From Octopus sinensis (lineage: Eukaryota): a stretch of 64,000 bases of DNA. The stretch covers positions 58,974,464 through 59,038,463 of the forward strand of contig NC_043011.1 of assembly GCF_006345805.1 (NCBI RefSeq), given 5' to 3'. Both the position numbers and the translations under genes were made by a program. Of the stretch, positions 51,475-64,000 are shown piece after piece (positions within the stretch are counted from its first letter, which is position 1; every line of letters starts with the position of its first letter). The notes under the pieces were generated by a model. The model was not told the DNA's origin, searched no databases, and saw only the letters and a list, made by a program, of their open reading frames with translations.

Positions 51475-54422
51475 GATATGTTAGATAAAAGGATAGATAA
51501 GTATGTAAGTGTTTATATATGTACGCATATATTCATATTTGTGTGGATGGATGGATGACGTTTGAATTGGTTAAAATAATGTATTTTCGAGAAAAAATGC
51601 ACCGAAATAATATTGTTCAGTCATTTTCTCCCATACAACGATGAAATATTTTGTAAATTTTATGAAAAAGCATGGATAATGAGGGAGGTTTTCCATCCTT
51701 ATGTCTCAGCTTCTCTTATTAGCTTTTACGCATTTGCTCTCGAGTTGTCAAACACGATTATATGCACTTTGTTCAAGATGTAGACATCGTAAGTGGCTGA
51801 ATGAAAATTTTCTTTTGCTCCTCCTACAGATTAGTAATCTAAGTCATTGCCCGGTGAATCTGCTCAGTTATTTGGACGTTATGGGTTGTAAAATTTGAAG
51901 TAACCGATCCTTTGTAAATATATTTTCACTTCAAATCAGGAAGATTAAAGGAAAAAGGGTTTTTTGACGAATAAAAAAAGGATTAAATGATCCACATTCA
52001 CATTACCTAAAATGTGTTCCCCAGACTTCTCTTGATGAGAAACAAAAACGATTGCATAACCATTATTCAAGCTCCGAACATTATGCTTAATGCTTTTATC
52101 AACGAAATCCGACATTGTTTCCAAGTGGTTATAATTTCAATTAGAATTACGGGTGTGTGTTATACTGAGTATGATTTAAATGGAACATGTATTGATTCCC
52201 TCATGAATAATTCTGTATGTTGCTAATCTATAATGCACAAAAATATGCACACACCTAAACGCATGCAACTGCTCCATCCTGTTCGAATGCAACCTTCAAG
52301 GTAGCAATTTAGTGGCATCTCATAGAGTTGGCATATGTGAAAATTTCGACTAAAACCGTTTTTGTGTCTTTATAAATAAATTCATTTGAAAATTTATCAT
52401 TAAATAAATAAATGAATGTACATGTTGAAGACTGTATGCATATCACTATTATTTGATTTTCAGTTGTTTTCTTGACACAAGGAATATGATTTAAATACAA
52501 AGATTGTATTATCTGAAATTAAATCGTCTTCCTTATCTCTACTTCCAGATGAAATTTTGCTTCAACTTCAATTTATGTACACTATCTTCTGAATAACTTT
52601 GCAAGGGAAGAATAAACGATTTTCAAAGTGGATAACAGAATGTAATATGGTCTCTCATTCTCTTTCTCTCTCTCTATGAAAGATAATTATATTCAATATA
52701 AACATCCATCGAGATCAGTTTCTTAACTTCAAATAATGCGATTCCCTTCTTGACGTCAATGCAGATAATGATATATTATAGATACTTTGTACGTACTTGA
52801 AGGCTATTAAAATGTCGTACAATTTCAATTGCTATGATGGATGCAATGACAAATCTTTTAAAATCATATGGGTTCTAATTTGTGCTCATACTTTGTAAAT
52901 ATGACTATTACAACAATATTTTTAACATTTGGAGTATATGGTACACAGTTTCATTCGTTGCATGTATATTATTACAAGATGGCACTTCAGGTTAAGTGAT
53001 TTGACACAATAGAACATTCTGGATTCAGTCCAGCATAACAATATTGTTTCACACACTACGATGAGATATAAGTTGGTGATGGTAGCTAAATGATAATACA
53101 AATCATGCCTAATTAGAAATACATCTTGAGTGTCTCTCCATAAATATTTTGTTTCGATAAATTACTTCTGGTATTTCGTTCTTTAAAGAAGATTGAAAGC
53201 TGTACATAGCAACTAAAAAGTTAAATGTTATTTGCTATAAAGCAAACGAAATTAATTGAAGAAGACTTAAATGATCTCAATGATTGCTTTGTAGAATTAC
53301 AGAGAAAGCACTTGTAGAATTTAGGCAAACAAATACTTGAGATCTAAGAGAATAAACAAAAATTCAAAGCAAAAACAAAACAAGGCCATCGTGTGTCTGC
53401 TTAGCCTCAGTCAAAACTGATTTAAAAGACAATTAATCAAGAACTTTTCAGCCGTAACCACACGCCAACTTATTTTGATAAGTAGGATCAAATTGGCCAT
53501 TGTGCCATTCCAGCTATTTTCCTTCTAAAATGATAAAGTTTGATAATTTGAGTGGATTTGAGATAACGTATTTTGCTTTCAACTCCTTTAAAATTATAGT
53601 ATTCAATATTTTTTTTACCATTTGGTTATTATTTCCAGCAAGATGACAAGCCATGAAAGTTCCTACATTATAAAGTATTTGAAAACCTTGAAGGTATACT
53701 TTAGCGTGGAGTGGAAAGAATCGGTACCTTTTCGTATGATTTCACATTTGTTAAAATGATGTTTCATTTTCCATCACCTTAAGGGAAATATATCACCTAC
53801 CGATCGATAAATATCATTATGATGGTGAGTTTAAAACAAGATTTTGTATCTATTTTTAAATGAAATCACTTTTGATTAATATACGGCTAAACTACGGGTC
53901 GTTTCTAACTGAAATAGATGAAAGAAAAGATGGCTAATGGCTTTAATTGATTTCAGATGTATTTCGGTTGTGTTTTAGTTCAATATACAGACGCAGAAGT
54001 GAAAACTGGCACCAGTTCTATGTCCATGATAATTCTGTTACAAAGTCACAGATTGGAACTAATCACTAGAATTTTCTCTGTGAAACTCAATTTGGTATTT
54101 ATGTTGGTCGAAGCTGAGTTTGCGTAGTTAAACAATTTATTGTTGAACAATGCAAACGTAGTTTGGCAATTCAAATATATTTAGGGAGAAACAAATAAAC
54201 GCATTACTAATAAATAAACACTGAACTGATTGGAAACAAATAAATGCTAAGGTTTTGGGTGGAAACCATAGATGCGCGTGAGTATTACATTCATTCTATA
54301 CATTTTGAACCTTTTCCCCGTTGCAACTCGAAGTAGATAAGGCTGTCAATAAAAGAGTGTAAAACTGAAATAATTATTTCAAGCATTCTCAAAGGTTTTC
54401 AACTCGTATGTATATATATATA

Positions 54423-54517
<95 letters not shown>

Positions 54518-54530
54518 ATATGTATATATG

Positions 54531-54569
<39 letters not shown>

Positions 54570-54655
54570 TGCATTTATGTATGTGTGTGCGCGTGTGTGC
54601 GCATAAACATGTACATATATATACACACATATATATATATATAATATATATATAT

Positions 54656-54782
54656 AATTAAAAATGAGGGTGTCTAAAAGACACCAACATGCCGAAATAG
54701 CAGTCGAAACTCTGACTATAAAACCACGTTTCGACTGCTATTTCGGCTAGTTGGTGTCTTTTAGACACCCTCATTTTTAATT
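54656..54782. mobile_element. Fold-back element (55-bp arms) with a nested hairpin and the 3' half of a hammerhead core
   Basis: AATTAAAAATGAGGGTGTCTAAAAGACACCAACATGCCGAAATAGCAGTCGAAAC and its reverse complement; GAAA-T-AGCA-GTC. Confidence 0.75.
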
Positions 54783-54882
54783 GTTAAAATTTTTTTTACC
54801 TTTGTAAGGTATTTCTTTCATGCTGGCCACTTGATAATTTCGACACTTAAATATCGATATTATCCTCATATATAAATATATA

Positions 54883-54949
<67 letters not shown>

Positions 54950-56004
54950 CATGAGTATTTTATTGTGTCTGGGCTTGTCCCCAATCCATTTGGCAACCCG
55001 TATTATTTTGTTTACCTTACCGTAACTTAGTGATTCGCTCAAGGAGCAGACAGACTGAGTACAAGAACTAAACAATAAAGATTATATATATTGAAGGCAG
55101 TCGTTAGCATGGGCGCAGTGGAATGAGTGAAACAAAGAAAAGATAAATGATAAAGATGAGAAGGTAAGAGAATAAAGTGCATATAAAGCCAAAGGTCAGA
55201 AAATTGAATAAACTAAGTGCATAAAATTCGAATTTATGTGATTATTTACAGCTGTGAAGGATTTCATATCCGTGAACCTCAATAAATCACTCGGCTATTT
55301 AAATTCTAGATCAAAGTAATTCACTAAACACTGTGACTTTCATAAACAGCAGCGGAAAATTGGAAATCTATTTCGCTCTCTGATTTAAGGGATCAAGGCA
55401 AAAAAAATCTTACCGAAATGATTTCCATGTTCACATTGTATATCGTTTAATATCATGCTATCAATTTCATTCATAACTCCCACTTTATATCCTCTCATCG
55501 CATAAGAGTCTGTATATCTTTACTTTCAACTTAAGTGCAGATATTAGTTCAACGTCCCCAAGAAAATGTCATTCATGTAATGCTTTTCATTATCAAAGAA
55601 ACATAAATATATCCCCAAGAGCTCAACGTTCAAAGTAAATCGATATATTTACGAATCGAAATAAAAATTTGTATTTCTTACCTTGTTTGATTTCATACAT
55701 CTCAAATAGTAATATTCACCGAACCTTGTTACAATTAAGAACAACGATGAAATGTGTCATAAAACATGGCGTCTACGTTTATTTTCTAATCGTGATTCTT
55801 CTCATTATCATGACTGAAATTTTCGCAGGCATATCACTATATCACTATTCATAATAAGTCGAGGAATATCATGCATGTTAAATTACATTAGTTATACTAG
55901 TTTTCATTATTTTAGATATGTCCTACGTAACAAAAAACATCGTAAACCCGTCTTTAACATAATCAAACATTAGACCTAATAATTTATATTTATACGTTCA
56001 TATA

Positions 56005-56059
<55 letters not shown>

Positions 56060-56184
56060 CATATATATATCTATAAACATATATATATATATATATATAT
56101 ATATGCGCAGATATATAGACATATATATGTATCTCTATCTCTATAACTATCTATCCATCTATCTCTCTCTATATATATATGTAC

Positions 56185-56239
<55 letters not shown>

Positions 56240-56974
56240 GTGTGTGTGTGTGTGTGTGTGTATGTGTGTGTATATGGAGCTTACCCCAATGAGGCTGCTT
56301 GAGTTCTGTGCTGGTAGCACGGGTTATATTATGTAATAAAATAGTTAATATACAGTAAACCTGCTGCGAGGAGTGTAGAAAATGTTCAAAAGACGATTTA
56401 ATTATACATGCGCACATAGGTGTGCGTCATCAAAGGCAATATTGTGGCGTTTTCCCTAAAATTGCTGTATTATAGCGGTGACCCTATTCAATCGCTCGAG
56501 AACACGTAGTAAAATGTCCGTGATGATGGGGAGTAGGATAGTGCACGAAACAGCTGTGAACACCGCACAGACGGAGTAAGTGTGAGAAAAGGTATCTGGA
56601 CAGAGAGATGGGGAGGATAACTACACATTTACAAATTGAACTAACCACAAGGTAACATTTTATATTAATAACAAATTGTTTTGCATAAAAAAAACACGAT
56701 ATCACACGTATGTACAACATTCATCGCTGCCAATCTACACGCACGCGCATAAACAGACACACACACACATATATATATGCGTTTATATATATATATATAT
56801 ATACAAATTGAGATAGGTGTATGTTTATTATCACAATATTAAGTTGAATAACTGAAACGTTGAATATGGAACATATATATGTTTACTAATTTATATTATT
56901 TATTTACATTATTATGTATATGTATATTTTTTATGCGTATAGGAGTGTGAGTATATGCACTCATATGTATATGT

Positions 56975-57105
56975 ATATCTCCGAGGAGGCCTTACGATAT
57001 TTTTGTAAATGTCTCATTTATATCTATATATTGACCTACCATAAAAGGCTAATATTGGTAAAATGAGACATACTTATCTACATGGCCGAAACAGCTGTAA
57101 GATGT
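56975..57105 (+). ncRNA. Candidate minimal type I hammerhead (U4>C), PLE-like
   Basis: Stem I ATATCT/AGATGT; CCGAGGA at 56981-56987; stem II GGCC/GGCC with a long loop containing an ATGTCTCATTT/AAATGAGACAT hairpin; GAAA at 57088-57091; AC-AGCT-GT; GUA at 57097-57099. Confidence 0.55.
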
Positions 57106-57309
57106 AATCTATACTTATATATTTACTTATTATACAACATTACTCTTTTACGTACACTTTTTATGTACATTCCTTTATGTACACTGATTTGTTCTGCTTT
57201 TTTATGTTTAACCCTACAGTCTCATATGTGGTGGTTTAATAAAGTATGTGGCTGAGTATTATCTGGTAATTGATATTTGATTTAGATGTATTTCTCCACT
57301 TTCTTATCT

Positions 57310-57361
57310 TATATATATATATAAAGATATATATATATATATATATAAAGATATATATATA

Positions 57362-57436
<75 letters not shown>

Positions 57437-57460
57437 ATAATATATATATATATATATACA
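57310..57460. repeat. (AT)n with a recurring ATAAAGAT unit
   Basis: Directly visible. Confidence 0.9.
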
Positions 57461-58469
57461 TATATTAATTATGAGCTAAAGGTTATGCAACCGTCTAAGA
57501 GATAAATGTATCCCTAGGCACTACAGGTGTATTACCTATGTATAGGCATTGCTGCAAAATTAACAATATTTGGTAATTCAATGGTAAACTGTGTTTTAAT
57601 ATATACAGATAAGGTAAGAGAAGGAATGGGGCAATATGTAACAACTAGAAGTTCATTATTAGTATTGAATGATCATAGTTTAATATGGTTAATATAGTAT
57701 TTACCGCTGTTTCTGTTTGTATTTTTGAGGAAAACTTGTGTTTACCTTGTGTCAATTAAGAGACATCATCAAAATGATTTGAAATTTACCAGAGGAATAT
57801 TGAGAGGAGAAAAAAAAAGGAAAGGAAAAAGGGAAAAAAGTTCCTTAGGTCGTTGCGTCCTTAATAGATCGTTACGTGTGTGTACAGTTGCTTCAATAAG
57901 ACGAATAGAGCAGTGAGTGGGGGAAAATGACCAATTGACCGGTGGTGTTAGTTGAAAGAGTTATAACTCGTAGTTATATCCAGTACCATTATTTGTAACG
58001 AATTAAGCTATTTGAGTCTGTTAGATAAGTCCCTATGATTACAAATGAATCCATAGTTAAAAATTAGGGACGCTCTTTAAAGTTTAAACATGAAACACAG
58101 TATACACCTGGGTTACGTAAATAGGTATCAGAAATAAAGTGTTGTTAGGTGTGGTCAGGTTTTACTACACGTTATACTATTATCATTCAATACGAATGAT
58201 CATCTTTTAATTGTTACACGTTGATCCATTTCTTCTCATAACTTATCTGTATGTGTATGTATACACACACACACACACAAACAGAGACACACATATAAAT
58301 TAGATAAAGGATTTGTTTGTTCCTATTTTAATCCGTTTGCCTTTCTACGATATAAAGTTTCGTTTCTGATCCTGCGAACAACATTGTCCTACATTTTCCT
58401 AGAATTTTATCGTGGCCAATATAGTACTACATTATAAACTTTAGAATAACTGCCATCACAGTATTTATT

Positions 58470-58620
58470 CCCAGTCATATATTATCTAACGATCCTCACT
58501 CTTATTGCATGAGCCGACTTTGAATGATGAGGATTTAAATCTCCTTCTTTATACAAGAATCTTAGAACCCGGTATTCTCACAAAGATATTTTTGTCACCC
58601 AACCATTCACAATCCTATCG
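58470..58620 (-). mobile_element. Possible decayed LINE apurinic-endonuclease fragment
   Basis: Minus frame ..KILV*EGDLNPHHS resembles the GDFNAHH motif; short and interrupted. Confidence 0.25.
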
Positions 58621-58920
58621 TTGCATCATAGACTTCAGTTCTCTACGCTGGTTACTGAATATGTTTTAACCTCATAAATATGTGATTAATTTAAGTTCTA
58701 TTGGATATCTTCATAGCGGTTTCCTCTATATCTAGATAAATATAAACACCAGTGAAAATATATTTTTAATGTTAGTTTCCTACGAGCCAATGCGTCATAT
58801 AACTATTCTAATAAATGTTTTACTGTTTGGGTATATAATTTGAGATAATGCATGCTTATACACACAATATGCACCTGCACTCATGTATGAATGTATGTAT
58901 AAATATATGCGTGCATGTAT

Positions 58921-58963
<43 letters not shown>

Positions 58964-61431
58964 CTATGATGTTCTTGTTAAATATAGTTGTAGTGTATTG
59001 AACAATTAGAATTTTGCTTCTTTGCTTCACACCACAAGAGTATACTATTTGTTTCAAAGACTATATTATTTGTTTTAGATTATGATTATTTCAAAGGTAT
59101 GTCATTAATCTAAAAAGAACGTTTCTGGAGTACATTCTATTTTTATACTTCCGCTACATTCCACATTGTATTATCTTCACAGTGTAGTATCTACTGGATA
59201 CATTTCGCTTTCTCTACACATCATAATTAATTTCCTCAAATATTTATTATATGAATACTTCCCTTTAACTTCGGAATAAGATTTTATTTTACCTTTATTC
59301 TTTAATATTAAATTCATAACTTTAATCATGAAGCTTTATTCTTGTTGGTACTTCTCATAGTATAATATTTCTATATATTTCCAACTTTATAAATGTGTCT
59401 ATTATGTCTTGATCTTGTATTGCATTTCGACTTTCATGTTCATTCTGTCAGTCATTTTATCTTGTTTTCGATTATTTTAGTGCCACATCATTGGTTATTT
59501 CAAAAGCTTATTGCCTACGGTATAATAATTATCTTAGCTATATTACTTCTATATTTCTATAGTTACATTGATAATATTTCAGCCACATAAGTGATTTGTT
59601 TGTGTACCATTGCATTGCATATTTTGGGTATCATATATTTCTCATTTGATACCGATAAGAACTTGCTAAAAAATATTTATTTGAAGTTCTCCACTCTTCA
59701 ATCTGAAGCGTCTATAACTGTTTGCTTTTATGTTCACTAGAAACATTTTGAGAGGTTGCACCGACAATGCCTTGATTTCTATTATTAGGATTATGCTTTG
59801 GCATAAAGGTAGGAGCTCAAGCAATTTATATATCTGTAAGCCCTTAAGTTGTTTTCTTTCCATGTTTACCTCATCTTTTATTTCCATTTGCTTATTCATG
59901 AAAATAACCAATTTATTATCAGTAACTCTGTTGGTGTCCATTAGTTGTCTTCGATTGAGTTAGCTTTTCACCAGAAGCTGTAATTTTAATCCGAGTTGTT
60001 TCTTAAAAGATTTTCTTTACCAATAAATAATTCTTCCATAACATCTAAGAATTCAGTGTTCGCCATTTCAGTGTAATGCGTTTGTACCTTCCTTTCATCT
60101 AATAAAGGGCCATTGTGTACGTGGATTTACTGACCGGGTTTAGACTTAAGTAAATTGCCTTTGTTACTTTCTGTTTGAAATTTCCTGCGAGTCACATTCT
60201 TGGCAAAACTAAGACAACGTTATGCTTTTATTTAGAGGCTTGTCCGTTGTATTCTCGGAACATTCTAAGAATCGCTAAACTAGAATGTTTATTCCGTGGT
60301 GCAGGAAGTACAACTGCTGTAAATGCATCTTAAATGCAAGCACTAAATTGAAACTATTACTTTCGTATTGATCTAATCACGATGTATTTTTATTGATCTA
60401 ATAACGATGTATTTTTATTTTCCTACGCGACTTTTATCTTTATATGCCTTTTATAAAAGATTCTGTCCATTGGCAAACGCGTGATATACCGTAATGCGTT
60501 ACAGTACATTTTATCATTTGCTTTCCGTTTCACGTTCTGCCTGTTTGTGGTGAGATTTTACGTTTGTTGCGAATACTTTACATATCAACATTACTGTTGA
60601 TGTTTCCATACTTGATATAAAAAGATACAAATACACAAACTTATTATTGTTAGTAGATAACACGATTATCACTAACCACCTTTTCAATGAGAACTAAACT
60701 CTTCATGAACATTTCCCTTTAACCAGGCTGCAAACACTGTGTTACATTGTTAAAGATCCATACAAACTATCGAATATTTATTCCGTTAGAAATAACCAAT
60801 GACGAAATATCGACGCGTGTGTTTCGTGTTTTCTTTCGACTATTCATTTTTTTCCATATAGAGAAGGTCTCAGATAATGCCAAGAAAACTTTTCTTTAAT
60901 CTCAAAAAGCGAAACCAGAAAAGTGCAAGTTACATATTTACATACATATTGCGTTTGAGAATAAAATTCATATAAATATTGTTTTCTAACATATTATCTC
61001 TGACACTATATCGATAAACATAGATTGATATAATCCGGTAATGTACACTCATATTACTTTGTGAATAATATCTAGTGGTAGACCGCATTTAGGTGCAGTT
61101 CGATGATAACATCAAGGTTCACAGATGTAAGGTAACATATAGCGCCAAGAGAATACTGATAAACTATATGTTATGTTTTGTAATTACATGTTTCTACTAC
61201 AAATACACAAAATTTGTCAATTTTATCATCAAATCTTCTGACATAGTTCCAAGTAGTATTTTGTTTAGGCGTAGTATAGTTAATATAGTGAATTTGATGT
61301 TGGGGGTTTTTCTTCTTTTCGGCGAAGCTCGACTTTGATAGAGAGGATTCACGCAACAAAAAATATGTTACCATTAACGAAATCGCCTTCTTGTTAACAA
61401 TATAATATTTAATCGTTTATTTCCTTTGCAG

Positions 61432-61609
61432 ATTGGTATGGGTTTCATTTGTGGAATATTTAGCTGTTATATTTAGGAGATCAAGTGACAAAGTGGCGAC
61501 ACACAAATATTGGTCTAACATCAATGCACAGACATATCGTCGTCACCATTTGCAGCATATTTTTCCACGAACATTCTGTTGTCGGGCCACGACACCTAAT
61601 TTATCATAG
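61432..61609 (+). CDS. Candidate terminal exon (LVWVSFVEYLAVIFRR..NLS*), speculative
   Basis: Strong acceptor TTTATTTCCTTTGCAG| followed by 58 open codons. Confidence 0.15.
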
Positions 61610-61644
61610 TTGTTAACTGTTATGCCTATCACGTTATTTATCGT

Positions 61645-61825
61645 TGTCGTCGTCGTCATAATTTCTGTCATCAAACTCATCATCATCAGTAGCATCATCA
61701 TTGGCATTTCCATTAACACCACCACCACCACCAACAACACCACCACAAAAATCATCATCATCATCATCATCATCATTTCCATCACCAGCACCAGCACCAC
61801 CATCATCATCATCATCATCATCAAG
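61645..61825. repeat. (CAT/CAC)n triplet tract
   Basis: Directly visible. Confidence 0.9.
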
Positions 61826-61957
61826 AAAAATCTGCGATTTGCTCCAAATGAAAAAAGTTTTGACTCTTCCCTTCTCCAGGACAAATCCTAGTGATGCGGT
61901 TTTGCTCCTTTATCTCTGCCATGTTGAAAGTAACAATAAAAATGTGCTGATTAAATT

Positions 61958-62026
61958 TTGAAGTGTATCTAACGGTTTTGAGCGTTTCTTAAATGGCGTA
62001 TAAACACCTTCCACACTACAATTGTT
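61958..62026 (+). mobile_element. Truncated terminal fragment of the 1236/20198 family
   Basis: TGAAGTGTATCTAACGGTTTT..TTTCTTAAATGGCGTATAAACACCTTCCACACTACAATTG is the reverse complement of the family end. Confidence 0.75.
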
Positions 62027-63294
62027 TGTTTTAATTATTTTCTAAACTATCCAGAAATGTTTAGTTTTACATTTTCTTTAATTCATTTATAGAATATTTC
62101 CATATTAAGCGAAATTTCTCAGTCACCAATATAATTATTTAAAAGTAGTTTTGTAATTGTATGACTCGTTTCTTCGCTAAACATCCAGCTATTTTGGATG
62201 ATTAATTAATCCAGATTGCGTGGACCACTTGCCTCAAGTTGATATATGTGGTAACGGGTTTGAACGAGTTTGATAATGATTATTTAAATTAGCAACTAAT
62301 AACTATTGTCACGTATTCCCTTTCGATCGCAGTTCTATGCAATCTTAAAATTTTGGTTAGCTTTATTCCCGAGGAAAGTTTATATACAAAAGAGTTAAAT
62401 GACGGTGGAACTAGTTCAACATGGTGTGTTCTATATCCTATTATGATATTCTTTCTTCCGGTGATGCCCATTAAATTTACTAAATTCTTAACTTAGATAT
62501 CATTGTGAAACTGTAGCTAATCACTGTGATTTTTTATGGACTTGCCCTTATTGATTTGCATTGAACATATAAGTGTATTATATATAATATCTTTATATTA
62601 TTCTTTTATAATATTATTCATAATATTTTTAGTGATAAATGGATAGAAATATTTCATTTTCCTAATCTTCCTAATGATAAACAACGTCGTATTAACTTTA
62701 TCTATGAATTTGTTAATCCTTTGATTGTTACATCGTCAAAAGCCTTGATGTTCATCATTCTTAACATGCTTTCCTTTTCTGTGAAGTTACACTTATAAAT
62801 GAACGCTGTATACACTTGTCTTTATCAAAATCACAAGATAGATGGCCCAGTAACATTAACTGTATATACAATTGTACAGAATAATAAATACAACGAATAT
62901 TGTGTAGAAAAAAAATTAACAGAGATATAAGGTTGAAGATATAATCTGTGAATATAGATAAAACATTTGCAAAATAAATTAAATGACGCCCGTAGAGTCA
63001 AATTCTAGAACACATAGAGGGTACTACCAAAATAATACTGTACCAAATAAATCCAAAAAGATATGAAAAAAGGAACTATGTGGGAGTCATATATATGTAG
63101 AATACGGATGATTGTAGTGGTAATCATCTAAAGCAAGATTAATGTGAATGTATTAAATTCGATAGAATGATACACAACAGAACAACGAAATCAACTTAAA
63201 GGACGAAATAATATGAAGAAATATGGAGAACGATGAAATATAGACTTGGTCATTGCAACACAAATGAAAACAGATGTGAACTGAAGTATTCTTT

Positions 63295-63910
63295 CCTACT
63301 CTAGGCAACAGGCCCGAATTTTTTGGAAAGGAGGCCAGCCTATTAGATCGACCCCAGTACGCAATTGGTACTGAATTTATCGACTCCGAAAGGAGAAAAG
63401 GCAATTCGACCTCGGCGGAATTTGAACTCAGAACGTAAAGACAGACGAAATACTGCCAAGCATTTCGCCGGGCGTGCTAACGTTTCTTATTTCTTTATTG
63501 CCCACAAGGGGCTAAACACAGAGGGGACAAACAAGGATAGACAAAGGGATTAAGTCGATTACATCGACCCCAGTGCTTATTTAAATAACTGGTACTTATT
63601 TAATCGACCACGAAAGGATAAAAGGCAAAGTCGACCACGGCGGAATTTGAACTCACAAAGTAGCGGCAGACGAAGTACCTATTTGTTTACTACCCACAAG
63701 GGACTAAACACGGAGAGGACAAGCAAGGACAGACAAACGGATTAAGTCGATTATATCGACCCCAGTGCGTAATTGGTACTTATTTAATCTACCCAGAAAG
63801 GATGAAAAGCAAAGTCGACCTCGGCGGAATTTGAACTCAGAACGTAACGGCAGACGAAATACCACTAAGCATTTCGCCTGGCGTGCTAACGTTTCTGCCA
63901 GCTCGCCGCC
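63295..63910 (-). mobile_element. SINE family B multimer (head plus about 3 bodies, last with a different tail)
   Basis: AAAGTCGACC..GGCGGAATTTGAACTCA-like block repeated three times; junctions near 63863, 63679 and 63486. Confidence 0.88.
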
Positions 63911-64000
63911 TGCAGAGATTTAACATATTAAGGCAAAACGTGACCTGAATACAGAAGTAATTAGTAAGTTCTAAGAAAAAGATAATGACATTTGAAGACT

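Noticed and set aside
59666-59963. Overlapping 91-aa and 77-aa ORFs
   Set aside because: No recognisable domain or splice support; compatible with chance or decayed TE sequence

Overview
AT-rich, microsatellite-saturated eukaryotic DNA, most likely intronic or intergenic sequence from an octopus (coleoid cephalopod). The species assignment is inferred from the tRNA-derived SINE families and the density of (AT)n/(ATCT)n tracts. I cannot confidently call any protein-coding gene. Nearly all ORFs in the track are microsatellite, triplet-repeat or SINE read-through, and a few splice-bounded candidate exons are listed at low confidence. The window holds about 18 SINE copies from 3-4 families, two decayed mariner transposons (one split by a TSD-flanked trimeric SINE), a MITE and decayed LINE fragments. 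The most striking pattern is a series of short fold-back elements sitting in or next to (AT)n tracts. Many carry complete or decayed minimal type I hammerhead-ribozyme architectures, as known from Penelope-like element (PLE) terminal repeats. The best cases are a family whose core reads GUGAACA (a G3-C8 covariant of CUGANGA) at 1317-1367 and 1973-2023, a head-to-head double hammerhead palindrome at 44309-44426, and a near-canonical hammerhead at 56975-57105. All ribozyme calls are structural readings by eye; activity is untested.
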